From: an uncultured Verrucomicrobiota bacterium
GTDB lineage: Bacteria > Verrucomicrobiota > Kiritimatiellia > RZYC01 > CAZAYP01
Length of the DNA: 64,000 bases
Assembly (NCBI GenBank): GCA_964489425.1
Contig: CAZAYP010000001.1
Coordinates: 80,171 to 144,170, forward strand
Direction: 5' to 3'
Positions 28,159-37,554 of the stretch are shown piece by piece. A program made the translations under genes and the position numbers. The stretch's first letter is position 1; every line of letters starts with the position of its first letter. The notes below the pieces were generated by a model. It had not been told where the DNA came from and did no database searches. It saw only the letters and a list, made by a program, of their open reading frames with translations.

Positions 28159-29412
28159 CTAGATGATGCTGAAGTGCGGCGCGGGCAACAAGAACCGGCC
28201 ACCGGCCATCAGGTATTCTTTTTCGCGCTGCTTGAACTCTTCGATGAAATGCCAGGGCAGGACCAGGAAATAATCCGGCCGGGCGCCGCGCGCCTGGGTC
28301 TCGGACACGATCGGGATGTGGGTCCCCACGGTGACCTTGCCCCATTTGTCCGGATTGCGTTCTGCGGCGGCGGTAATCACGGTGTGGTCCAGCCCGTAAT
28401 ATTGCAACAGGGTATTGCCCTTGGTGGAGGCCCCGTAAACATAAATGGACTTGCCTGCCGCGTGCTGGGCGCGCACAAAGCCCACCAGATCGGTTTTGAT
28501 CCGGTCCATCCAAAAGGCAAATTCGTGGTAGGTCTGGACATCGTCCAACTGCAGCTTGATTTCCTGCTCGCGCAGCGCCTGCACCCGTTGCCGGGCCAAC
28601 GCGCGATAGGTTTCATCGCCGAACGCGTCCGGGCGGGCGGCCTTGTTCCGGATATACGCCCGGAAGCTGCCGCCATTGATGTCGTTCAACTCCAGGTCCA
28701 CGACCTCGAAATCATGCAGGGCCAGGAGGTATTCAAAGGAGTGCAGCGCGTAGTACTCCAGGTGCTCATGGCAGATGTTCCCCAGTTCATGCTGCCGCAA
28801 CATGAGCGGCAGGTATGCCATCTGCACCACCCAGAGACCATCCGGGTGCAGGACCGCCTTGATATCACGGACAAATGCGTTGGGATCCTCCAGGTCGTAG
28901 AACATGGCGATGCTGGTGATGATCTTGGGGCGCCGGCCGGCCAGCATGGAATCTGCCGCCAGCGTCTCGGCGTTGAAAAAACCCACCAGAACCCGGTCAG
29001 CCACCTTGCGGGACAAATCCGCCAGGTTGCGGGCCGGGTCCACGCCGATCTTGAATACGCCCCCGGTTTCATACGACGCCAGGAGCGTGCCGTCATTACA
29101 GCCAATATCCAGGACGGTGTCGCCCTGCTCCAGGCGGATCAGGTGCTCGGCCTTTTGGGCGATGTCGTGCAGGGCATCCCGCATGGTTTGGTTGGTCCCT
29201 GACCGGTACCAGTAGTTGCGATACATCTGGTCAGCCGGCACGGTGTGTTTCAACTGCAGCAAATGGCAGCGGCGGCAGAACACCAGTTCCAGGGGCGCGC
29301 GCTGGCCGTCATCCGCGCCCGGATCGGGAAAATCCGAAACGTACAGATCGCCCAGCGATAGGATCGGCGCCAGGGCGCCTTCGCAAACGCGGCAGGTGGT
29401 GCGTGTTTTCAT
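28159..29412 (-). CDS. NDP-sugar C-methyltransferase family
   Basis: CRVC...CRRC, DIGCNDG, CHEHLEYY, NGGSFR, YGASTKGNTLLQY, VLPWHF. Confidence 0.88.
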   Translation of the reverse strand: MKTRTTCRVCEGALAPILSLGDLYVSDFPDPGADDGQRAPLELVFCRRCHLLQLKHTVPADQMYRNYWYRSGTNQTMRDALHDIAQKAEHLIRLEQGDTVLDIGCNDGTLLASYETGGVFKIGVDPARNLADLSRKVADRVLVGFFNAETLAADSMLAGRRPKIITSIAMFYDLEDPNAFVRDIKAVLHPDGLWVVQMAYLPLMLRQHELGNICHEHLEYYALHSFEYLLALHDFEVVDLELNDINGGSFRAYIRNKAARPDAFGDETYRALARQRVQALREQEIKLQLDDVQTYHEFAFWMDRIKTDLVGFVRAQHAAGKSIYVYGASTKGNTLLQYYGLDHTVITAAAERNPDKWGKVTVGTHIPIVSETQARGARPDYFLVLPWHFIEEFKQREKEYLMAGGRFLLPAPHFSII

Positions 29413-30830
29413 GGCAATGCTCCTGTATTGATCGGTGGGCAAGTGTAGTGTTGCGCGGCCCAGAAATCCAGCAGGGTTTGGGCGATCAACTCCTGGCCGC
29501 GGGCGCTCGGATGGCCATCATAGAGCAGGTACGGCAGATCAGCGGCCGTGGCCGTGGCCGGCAACGCGCGCACATAGTCCAGGAAGGCCGGTCCGGTGTC
29601 TACCAGCGGCACCCCACGCGCCGCGCACCAGGCGCGGATCAAATCGGCTTCCAGCCGGTCGCTGGTATTGGTCGGCGGCGACTGGCCCAGCAGGCGTTCG
29701 TAATACACCTCGCCGCGATGATGGAACAAGAGCACGGCCACCCGCGCGGACGCCCCGGTGGCGCCGGCCAGGATCCGGTCCAGGGCGCGTTCCGTGGACT
29801 GCCATTCAGGCGCGGCCGCGATGGCGGCGGCCGCGCGGGTCGCGGGCACCTGCTTGCGGGTTTCGCCCCGGTACCGCTGCAGGGCCTGCGCCAGGGGCGA
29901 GGCCCCGGCCGCGGCCGCCGGCATCTTGATGAACCGGGGATCGTCCGGCCGCCACCAGGCCTCGGTCCAACTGCGCCAGCGGGTCTTGACCAGCACGCCC
30001 AGCGCGGTGACGACCAGGCGGTATCGTTTTTTCATTTCCCGGTCCAAGTATACGAGACGGCCAATGGCGCTCGGATACCTGCCCGCCCGAACCACGTCTT
30101 CCGGACGTTGAAGGAAAAACTCCTCGCGCAGATAGACGCTGGACAGGTAACCCACCAGGATCCAATCCGGACGGAACGCCAGGCCATACTTGCACAACGC
30201 ACCGGCCATCTGGGATGGCGCGTAGCCTTGGACCCCGAGGGAATAGGTCGGATACCCGCGCTGCGTCAGCAGCGTGGTCCACGTTTGCTCCAGCGGAACG
30301 CCCATACCCTCCACAAAGCTGTCGCCCACCGCCACCACCGGCAGGTGGGCACAGCCGGCAAGCTCGGGTAGATTCTTGAACCCCAGCTGGTCGGTCTGCC
30401 ATTCATAAGCGAAGGTGTTGGTGGGGCCATAGTAGCCGGGCACCTGGATCCGGGTGTCGGCCTTGGGCTTGGCATACGGGCTTTCCGGCAGGTAGTCCAC
30501 CATGGCGGTGCGCAAGTCCTGGATCGCCGCGCCCTCAACCATGTTGCGCAGGTGGACCGGGAACAGCCCCGGGCAGCAGCGGAACACCAACTGCACAAAG
30601 ACGATCATGAGGGTCAGCGCAATCAAGGATACCTGGGCCTTCATCATCAGGCGGGTGACCCAGCGGGACCAGAACAACGAGAGCACTGCCCCGGCCCACG
30701 ACAGCCAACCAATGGCCAGCAGCAGATCCTTGGCCCTGGCCGAGACGTGCTCCGGCGCCACCACCGCCGTCCACCCGGCCATGCCCAGGGCCAACACGCC
30801 GATGATCAGTATTTTTTTATGCGCACCCAT
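29409..30830 (-). CDS. Membrane-anchored SGNH/GDSL (AlgX/AlgJ-like) protein
   Basis: Three N-terminal TM segments. VGDSFVEG, LGVQGY, DGHPS catalytic motifs. Confidence 0.75.
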   Translation of the reverse strand: MGAHKKILIIGVLALGMAGWTAVVAPEHVSARAKDLLLAIGWLSWAGAVLSLFWSRWVTRLMMKAQVSLIALTLMIVFVQLVFRCCPGLFPVHLRNMVEGAAIQDLRTAMVDYLPESPYAKPKADTRIQVPGYYGPTNTFAYEWQTDQLGFKNLPELAGCAHLPVVAVGDSFVEGMGVPLEQTWTTLLTQRGYPTYSLGVQGYAPSQMAGALCKYGLAFRPDWILVGYLSSVYLREEFFLQRPEDVVRAGRYPSAIGRLVYLDREMKKRYRLVVTALGVLVKTRWRSWTEAWWRPDDPRFIKMPAAAAGASPLAQALQRYRGETRKQVPATRAAAAIAAAPEWQSTERALDRILAGATGASARVAVLLFHHRGEVYYERLLGQSPPTNTSDRLEADLIRAWCAARGVPLVDTGPAFLDYVRALPATATAADLPYLLYDGHPSARGQELIAQTLLDFWAAQHYTCPPINTGALP

Positions 30831-30831
30831 A

Positions 30832-31833
30832 TCATCCCCCAGCGCGGGCAAAACGGCTGAGCGACAGCACATCCGCCTCGGACAGGCGTCCGCGCCACAG
30901 CATGTACCGCAAGAGCCCTTGCTGGCATGCCCGACCCGGCACGCGGGCGATTACCCAGGCCGCGGCCTTGTCCCACCATGGCGCGCGCAACGCCGCAATG
31001 TACTTGTGATATTCCGCCGGGCCATACGCGCCGTAGCCTCGGTATAAAAGCAACGTCCGCCACCGGCGCCAGTACTCACGGGGCACGACCTGTTGCTTGA
31101 CCGAATCCGGGCAGTGCGGGAAAGACCACACCAGCGCGGGCCAGCGGAACACGAACACCTCCAGGCGCCGGGCGGTCCACTGGGCATTGCCATGGCGGAT
31201 TTGGATCAGCGGTTCCGCGAGGGCCAGCACCGGGCCAGCCAGCGGCCGCTGGTAAATCGCTCCGATGTGCGCAAACTCGGTACCCATGTACGGTGTTTTA
31301 TCCCGGGCCTGCCATACGGACCGCTTGATAACGACCCCGCCGATAAAACTCAGGTAGTTGATGGTGATGCGGAAAAACTCCGGGAAGTCGGCGGGCGCGA
31401 ACTCGCGGTCTTGCGCCAAACCCATCCGGCTTTTTTCCAGGCAGCGGGTAAAATCGGCGTTCCAGACCTCCGCATCCACCACGATCAAGTCGTAGCGCCC
31501 GGTGCGGGCGCGCGCGAGCACGGTGGCCACGGCCCCCGGTTTCAGCAGGTCGTCATCGGAGAAAAACCAGCAGTATTCGCCTTGGGCCAGTTCGGCCGCG
31601 CGGCCAAAGTCCGCGTCCACCCCGCGCGGCGGCTGGCGCTCGTAATGCAGGCGGGAGAACCGGTCCCGGTACCCGGCCACGATCTTTTCCGTGGCGTCAT
31701 CCGGCGACCCATCCACGATGATCAGCTCCACCTCGGTGCCCGCTTGCGCGGCCAGGCTCTCCAACGTGGCGCCAATATAGTCCGCGCGCCGGAACGTGGC
31801 CATGCAGATGGAGATGACCGGGTTGCTCATCAA
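30832..31833 (-). CDS. GT2 glycosyltransferase
   Basis: ISICMATFRR, IIVDGS, CWFFSDDD. Confidence 0.88.
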   Translation of the reverse strand: MMSNPVISICMATFRRADYIGATLESLAAQAGTEVELIIVDGSPDDATEKIVAGYRDRFSRLHYERQPPRGVDADFGRAAELAQGEYCWFFSDDDLLKPGAVATVLARARTGRYDLIVVDAEVWNADFTRCLEKSRMGLAQDREFAPADFPEFFRITINYLSFIGGVVIKRSVWQARDKTPYMGTEFAHIGAIYQRPLAGPVLALAEPLIQIRHGNAQWTARRLEVFVFRWPALVWSFPHCPDSVKQQVVPREYWRRWRTLLLYRGYGAYGPAEYHKYIAALRAPWWDKAAAWVIARVPGRACQQGLLRYMLWRGRLSEADVLSLSRFARAGG

Positions 31834-33434
31834 GTCTCGCTCATTGCCAGCTGGCCCATCGTGGCTGTTTCCCCGCCCGCCAGCGCCGAGGCCAGGTCGG
31901 CCACGCGACGGGCTGCGGCGCCATCGGTGCGGAACACCCAGTTGGCCAGGAATTCCCGGCGGGCCGGCTCCATGGCCGATAACCGTTCCGCGGTTTGCTG
32001 TCGGGCGACGGCTTGGAACGCGTTGCGCAACTCATCTGCGGAATGTGCGACCATCACGGCGCCACTATCCAGAAAATCGTCATGGAACCAGCGGAGCCCA
32101 TGGAAGTAGGGCCAGATCACCAACTTGTTAAGGATCAATGCGTCCATGGTCGCCGTGGTGCCAAACGTCACGAACACATCCGCGGCTTTGATCATGGCGC
32201 CGATGTCGTCCTTTGGCGCGGCCCATACGACCCGCGCCCCGGCGGGCGCCAGCGGGTGCAACTCCTTTATTTTTTCGAGCGGATGCGGCTTGCACACCAG
32301 CAGGAGCCCGGGCGTTTGCGCGGCGGCAGTAAATATCGCGCGCTTGATCTCCCGGACAAAGGCAGGGTCTATGAGATCATCGTAAGCGCTGGCTGCATAG
32401 CTGGACGCCAGCAGGACCACGACCTCGCCCGGGCGCGCTTCCCAAGCCTGGCGCTGGGCGGCCACGGCGCCGGGCATCGTCACAGCCAGGGCGTCATACC
32501 GCGGCGAGCCCGTCAGCGTTATTTTATCGTGCGCCACGCCGTGCTGCTCCAGGATCCGGCGCGAGCTTTCGCCCCACGCTGCCACGCGATCAGCCAGCAG
32601 AAACCGCCACTCGACTGATTCGGTGGCGTTATACAGGCCGAACTGGACGTCCAGGGTGGGGATACCGGCCGCATGCGCCAGCCAGACAAAGACGCGGTTG
32701 CGGGGATCCGCCATGTCCGGAGACACCACCACGCGCGGCGGATGCCGCGCATACAGGCTCCCGGCCACAGCCGCGTACCGCAACAGCCGGGGGACATGCA
32801 CTTGACACAGGAAACGCAGCGTCTCGCGCAAATCCGCCGCCGCCACCGCGGGCAGGTCATGGGCCAGCTGCTGCACCTCGGCCCGGTCCAGCCAGCAGGC
32901 GGCGCGGCGACGAAACTCGTGCTGCAGCGCCCGGGCCTGACGGCGGCAGGCAGGCGTCCAATACTCCCAAAGATTGGTGCGTCGGTCAGCCACACCGCTG
33001 CCGGTGGCCGGCGGGCCGTCATCGCGCAAAGCCACCGGCTGCAGCGGGAGACCGTGCGGCAAGACGTCCGCCACGGGCGCCAGCACATCCCGGTAGATGT
33101 AGTCGTTGAACCCCAGCAGCAGGGCGGCAGGCCCGGCCGGCCCGCCGGGGGTCTGGTCGTCGGCCACCAGGGGCAACATAGCATCCCGCACACAGCGGCG
33201 CGCCCATTGCCAGCGCCGCCGCACGCCCCGGCGCCAGCGCGCGCGCCGGCTGGTGCGGCCGGCCAACAACGGCGGCAGGTAATACAAGGCCAAGTCCACG
33301 GCAATCACATCCCACAGCGAAAGCCCATCCACGGTCAACAACTCGCGCAAGCTGGCCGCGCCACCCAACGGCTGGTTGCCCCAGGCTGCCGTCAGGTCCG
33401 CCGAACGGCGGAGGATATCTTGCAGTAACGGCAT
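31830..33434 (-). CDS. GT-B-like surface carbohydrate biosynthesis protein (CDP-glycerol phosphotransferase/capsule/sialyltransferase-like)
   Basis: PTLDVQFG, AAWGE, TGSPRYD, KPHP, TTATMDALIL.K, DGAAARR motifs. Confidence 0.6.
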   Translation of the reverse strand: MPLLQDILRRSADLTAAWGNQPLGGAASLRELLTVDGLSLWDVIAVDLALYYLPPLLAGRTSRRARWRRGVRRRWQWARRCVRDAMLPLVADDQTPGGPAGPAALLLGFNDYIYRDVLAPVADVLPHGLPLQPVALRDDGPPATGSGVADRRTNLWEYWTPACRRQARALQHEFRRRAACWLDRAEVQQLAHDLPAVAAADLRETLRFLCQVHVPRLLRYAAVAGSLYARHPPRVVVSPDMADPRNRVFVWLAHAAGIPTLDVQFGLYNATESVEWRFLLADRVAAWGESSRRILEQHGVAHDKITLTGSPRYDALAVTMPGAVAAQRQAWEARPGEVVVLLASSYAASAYDDLIDPAFVREIKRAIFTAAAQTPGLLLVCKPHPLEKIKELHPLAPAGARVVWAAPKDDIGAMIKAADVFVTFGTTATMDALILNKLVIWPYFHGLRWFHDDFLDSGAVMVAHSADELRNAFQAVARQQTAERLSAMEPARREFLANWVFRTDGAAARRVADLASALAGGETATMGQLAMSET

Positions 33435-33437
33435 GGA

Positions 33438-34913
33438 TCATCCCCCGCCCTTGTGCATCCACCCCACCGACAGGATCAGGGCCCGCCGATCCGCGGCCGG
33501 GACCACCCCGCCGAACAGCAGGCAAGCCGCGAACAACGCCAGCAGCAGCGCCAGCAGCCCGCTATCGCACCAGAAGTTCACTCCGGGCCACTGCCACCCG
33601 GCCGCGAAGAACAGCAACGTGAGCGCCGCCAGCCAGGCCGCGCGGCGCCATTCCACGATCCGCAGCGTGTCCAGCCGCCCCGCCGCATACAGCGCCGCGC
33701 CAGCCATGACCCCCCACGACAGCAGCGTGGTCAGCGCGGCCGCGCGTACGCCCCACAACGGGATCAAGGCCAGGTTGCCCACCACGTTCACCGCGGCGCT
33801 CAGCACCGCGATGCCCAGGATCCATCCGGTCTTGCCCGTGGCATAGACATAATTGACCGGGATGAAATAAAACAGGCTCAGGCCGGCCGACCAGACCAAG
33901 TAGGGCAGCCACTGAATGGCCGCAGCATAACGGGTGTCCAGCAGGTACTGCACCAGGATCCGTCCACCCAGTATCGTGCCCAACAGGAGCAGGGCTTCCA
34001 GCGCAAGCAGGAGGTTGGCCAGACGGACCAGTTGGTCGCGGCCCGGCACCGTCTTAACCAGGCGGAACACCATGGGAGCCCAGGCGCTATTCAACGCCAC
34101 GCCGGCGATGGTGAGGACGTTGGCGACCTGGTAGGCCAACGTGTAATAGCCGATCTGGTCCAGGGGTACCGCATGCTGCAAGATCAACCGATCGGAAAGC
34201 GCCATGGCCCAGTGGCAGGCCGCCGTGGGCACCAGGGGCAGGGCCATGGGCATCATGGCCAGCAGCAAGCGCCACCGGAACTGCGGCCGGCCCCAGTTCC
34301 GCATCAGGCCCCACGCCAGACCGGCCAGCAAAAACGCCGCCAGGGCCAAGCCCGCAAACATCCCGTTGATCCCGGCCCGCAAACCCACGAGGAACAAAAG
34401 GATCAGGCCGGCATTGAGCGCGCAGGAACAGAGCGACACAAGCACAAACGGGACGGGCCGCTCCGCCGCCTGGAAAGTCAGCATCGGGATCTGCAACCAA
34501 GCGCCGAAGCACGCAGCCGCCAAGGCCAGCAGCAGGGTGGGATAAACCGCGATCCCAGGCATGACCCATCCCAACCCGTGGCGCCCGCCCAAGGCCAACA
34601 GCGCCGTGACAATTAAAGAAAATCCAGCAATGGCGCTGAACATGGTCCAGATGCGAGCCTGCCGCTCGGCCGTCGCTTCCGCCCGATGATAAATAACCGC
34701 GACCAGATTGGGGAACCCGAGAGAAAGCATGACGATCAGGATGGTGATGAGTGCGGTTAGCGTGCCATAGGCACCGTATTCGGTGGGCGTCAGGAAGCGG
34801 GTGTAGACCGGGATCAGGATGAAGTTGAGCGCGCGGTTGAGAACCTCGCCCACCAGGTACAGGCTGGCGCGTACCCGCAGGCCGCGGCCTTCACCGGCAA
34901 CGATGGTGCTCAT
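33438..34913 (-). CDS. wzx: Polysaccharide flippase (Wzx, MOP family)
   Basis: ILIPVYTRFLTPTEYG, SDRLIL, IGYYTLAY, LIPLWG. About 14 TM segments. Confidence 0.88.
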   Translation of the reverse strand: MSTIVAGEGRGLRVRASLYLVGEVLNRALNFILIPVYTRFLTPTEYGAYGTLTALITILIVMLSLGFPNLVAVIYHRAEATAERQARIWTMFSAIAGFSLIVTALLALGGRHGLGWVMPGIAVYPTLLLALAAACFGAWLQIPMLTFQAAERPVPFVLVSLCSCALNAGLILLFLVGLRAGINGMFAGLALAAFLLAGLAWGLMRNWGRPQFRWRLLLAMMPMALPLVPTAACHWAMALSDRLILQHAVPLDQIGYYTLAYQVANVLTIAGVALNSAWAPMVFRLVKTVPGRDQLVRLANLLLALEALLLLGTILGGRILVQYLLDTRYAAAIQWLPYLVWSAGLSLFYFIPVNYVYATGKTGWILGIAVLSAAVNVVGNLALIPLWGVRAAALTTLLSWGVMAGAALYAAGRLDTLRIVEWRRAAWLAALTLLFFAAGWQWPGVNFWCDSGLLALLLALFAACLLFGGVVPAADRRALILSVGWMHKGGG

Positions 34914-34969
34914 GAATTCATCAATGGGGATCTTACCATGAACGAACCAACGGGCCTATTCCCGGACCA

Positions 34970-35896
34970 TCATGCGGTTTCCCGGCATGGCGGCCGGCTG
35001 CCGTCCACAGCCGACCTTGATTCCGTGAGGCCCAGGGCGTGCCGCGTACCCTCATCCTGCAGCCATTCCCCGGGAACCGCCACCAGGTTCATGATCCGCT
35101 CGTCCAGCCACTCGTAGGGCTGCAACCGGCCCGCCTGCTCCTTGTAAACCTGGTACTGGTGGTCCCGGAACCAATGGAAAACCTCGTTGATCGAAATCCC
35201 GACATAGGCCAGCAGCGAAAGATTTAGCTCGAACGCCACCAAAGGCCGGCTCGCCTGCAAGAGCGCCCGCGCGCCGCGCAACGCCCGGATCTCGTTGCCC
35301 TCCACGTCCAGCTTGATCAGGCGCAGCTTCGGCCAGGCGTCCCGGGGCACCAGCGTCTCCAGCGGGTTCACCGGCACGCGCACCCGGGTGTACCCCAGGT
35401 GCCCGATATCCAGCAACGACCCCCAGGCTCCGTCGCCATGGAACTCCAAATGCGCCGGCTCGTCGCCGGCCGCCTGTGGCACGATCGTGATGTTGGCCAA
35501 GCCGTTCAGCGCGATGTTGGCCTGCAGGCTGGCGATATTGGCGGGATGCGGCTCCACGCAGTAGACCCGGCCGGTCGGACCCACGCGTTGGGCCAGCGGG
35601 ATGGCCATGTACCCTTCGTTGGCCCCCACGTCAGCCACGACATCCCCGGGCCGCAAGATGCGCTTGAGCAAGTCCAGGTATCCGGCCTCATACTGGCCGC
35701 AAACGTTCATGATGCGCAACGCCAGGACATGGGCGGCGGCGCAGGGGTGCAGGCGCACTTGCCAGCCGGCCCGGCCGAGCAGCGACTCGATCCCGGGACA
35801 CCGGCGGATGATCGCTGCCACCACCCGGTCTCCCACCCGATTCGCCGGGAGCCGGAGCAGCGCCGTTGCCAAACCCGCGCCGAACGGGACCTTCAT
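34970..35896 (-). CDS. FkbM family methyltransferase
   Basis: ATG 35896 (ATGA overlap). DVGANEG, VEPHP, IKLDVEGNE. Confidence 0.85.
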   Translation of the reverse strand: MKVPFGAGLATALLRLPANRVGDRVVAAIIRRCPGIESLLGRAGWQVRLHPCAAAHVLALRIMNVCGQYEAGYLDLLKRILRPGDVVADVGANEGYMAIPLAQRVGPTGRVYCVEPHPANIASLQANIALNGLANITIVPQAAGDEPAHLEFHGDGAWGSLLDIGHLGYTRVRVPVNPLETLVPRDAWPKLRLIKLDVEGNEIRALRGARALLQASRPLVAFELNLSLLAYVGISINEVFHWFRDHQYQVYKEQAGRLQPYEWLDERIMNLVAVPGEWLQDEGTRHALGLTESRSAVDGSRPPCRETA

Positions 35897-36972
35897 GGGT
35901 TGGGCCCCCAATCGCCGACGCGAACGTCCTGCTGCGCCTGCTGGTAATCGCCCTGCTGGCCGATATCCAGCCAGTATTCGCAGATCGGGAACCCGGCCAC
36001 GCGCCGGCCGGCGGCGATCAGGCGCTCGATCACGTCGGTCATGTTGAAGGCTTCCCCCCTGGGGATCACCTCGTAAGCCGCGGGCTCCAGCAGGTAGATG
36101 CCGGCGTTCACAAAAAAGTTGAGCCGCGGCTTTTCCTTGATGCCCATGATGGCGGCCCCCTGGCATTCCACCACGCCATAGGGAACCTGAAAATAGTAAT
36201 CCCGGAGCGCCACGGTGAGCACCGCCCGCTGCTCGCGATGGTATTCCCACATGGCCCGCATGTTGACCCGGGTCAGGATGTCGCCGTTGATTACCAGCAG
36301 GGTTTGCTGGGGCGGCTCCATGAGGCCCAGGGCGCCGGCCGTGCCCAGGGGTTGCTCCTCGTGAACGTAGGTCAGCTTCACGCCGAACGACTGGCCATCC
36401 TGAAAATGGTCGCGGATTTTTTCGGGCTTGTAATGGGTCGTCACGTGCACCCGGTCGATCCCCAGGCCGGAGATCTGCTCCACGATGTACTCCATGATCG
36501 GCCGGCCGCCGACCGGCAGCATGGGTTTGGGCAGGTCATCGGTCAGCGGTCGCAGCCGCGTGCCGCGCCCTCCGGCCATAATCACGGCCTGGACCGGGAT
36601 GCCAGCCGCCGGCGCCAGGTCGTCGAACGTGGCCAGGTCGGCGACCCGGCCCTGGTCATCCAGCAACGGCACCTGGCGGATGGCCCGCTCTTTCATGATG
36701 GCCAGCAGATCGTCCGGGCTTGACCCTGCGGGTGCAGTCACCGGCTCCGGATAATCGGGATCCAGCTTGAGATCGAGCAAATCCTGGACCGGCCGGTCGG
36801 GATCGAGCGAGGCCAGCATGGCGCGGCGGATATCGCCATCGGTGATCGTGCCGATCAGCCGGCGCGCGGGATCCACCACCAGTACGATGCCCTTGCCGCC
36901 ACGCGCCAGACGCGCCATGGCCTCGCGCAAGGGAAGGTCCGGCTCCATCAGGAGTGGCGCGATGTCTGTCAT
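35893..36972 (-). CDS. CBS-domain nucleotidyltransferase (PtmE-like sugar-1-phosphate nucleotidyltransferase)
   Basis: GTITDGDIRR (CBS), IMAGGRGTRLRPLT..PKPML, PLGTAG, NGDILT, WLDIG. Confidence 0.9.
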   Translation of the reverse strand: MTDIAPLLMEPDLPLREAMARLARGGKGIVLVVDPARRLIGTITDGDIRRAMLASLDPDRPVQDLLDLKLDPDYPEPVTAPAGSSPDDLLAIMKERAIRQVPLLDDQGRVADLATFDDLAPAAGIPVQAVIMAGGRGTRLRPLTDDLPKPMLPVGGRPIMEYIVEQISGLGIDRVHVTTHYKPEKIRDHFQDGQSFGVKLTYVHEEQPLGTAGALGLMEPPQQTLLVINGDILTRVNMRAMWEYHREQRAVLTVALRDYYFQVPYGVVECQGAAIMGIKEKPRLNFFVNAGIYLLEPAAYEVIPRGEAFNMTDVIERLIAAGRRVAGFPICEYWLDIGQQGDYQQAQQDVRVGDWGPNP

Positions 36973-37029
36973 ATCAGAATATTCCGCACGAAGAACGCAT
37001 TACTAACCCCTGCAGCCTTCACATCTCTT

Positions 37030-37110
37030 CTTCGTGGCCTTCGTGTTCTGTGGTGGAATTATCATTTCAATCTTCAACATTACACCACGAAGAACACGAA
37101 GATCACGAAG
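37030..37110. repeat. Inverted pair of 9-bp-periodic CTTCGTG/CACGAAG repeats (REPIN-like hairpin) downstream of the GxxExxY gene
   Basis: CTTCGTGGCCTTCGTGTTCTGTGGTG (37030-37055) and CACCACGAAGAACACGAAGATCACGAAG (37083-37110). Confidence 0.85.
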
Positions 37111-37113
37111 GGA

Positions 37114-37485
37114 TTACAAGACGAAGCGCCGGATGCCATCCTTGAGGAGCGGCACGTTAAAGTTGATCAGCAGCCCGGTTTTTATACCTGCCAGCTTCAT
37201 GTAGGTAAGCAACTGGGCCTCGTGGATGCCTTTGACTTCATCGACGCTTTTCAGTTCGACAATTAGTTTGCGCGCTACCAGCAGGTCAACACGGTAGCCA
37301 CAGTCAAGGTGGACATCCTTGTACGCAATCGAGAACGGCTGTTGCAGGACAAACTCAATGCCCTGCGACTTCAGCTCAAAGGCCAGGCACTGCTCGTAAG
37401 CCGATTCCAGCAACCCTGGCCCCAAGGTCCGGTGAACTTCGATCGCGCAACCGATCACGCTCCTCGACAAATCATCGAACTCCAT
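37114..37485 (-). CDS. GxxExxY protein (PD-(D/E)xK nuclease-like)
   Basis: VHRTLGPGLLESAYEQCL, YRVDLLV..IVELKSV, QLLTYMK..GLLINF. Lower GC than its neighbours. Confidence 0.92.
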   Translation of the reverse strand: MEFDDLSRSVIGCAIEVHRTLGPGLLESAYEQCLAFELKSQGIEFVLQQPFSIAYKDVHLDCGYRVDLLVARKLIVELKSVDEVKGIHEAQLLTYMKLAGIKTGLLINFNVPLLKDGIRRFVL

Positions 37486-37548
37486 CTTCGTGGACTTCGT
37501 GCTCTTCGTGGTGAAATTAATCTTGTCAGTCTCCAACATTACACCACG
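37486..37548. repeat. Second copy of the GxxExxY-associated repeat (direct repeat of 37030-37089)
   Basis: CTTCGTGGACTTCGTGCTCTTCGTGGTG...CAACATTACACCACG. The last 15 nt are identical to 37075-37089. Confidence 0.85.
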
Positions 37549-37554
37549 CCGGGG

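Noticed and set aside
37486-37539. N-terminal extension MLETDKINFTTKSTKSTK of the GxxExxY ORF
   Set aside because: This is the translated 9-bp DNA repeat. ATG 37485 gives the typical family length, although use of the upstream ATG cannot be excluded.
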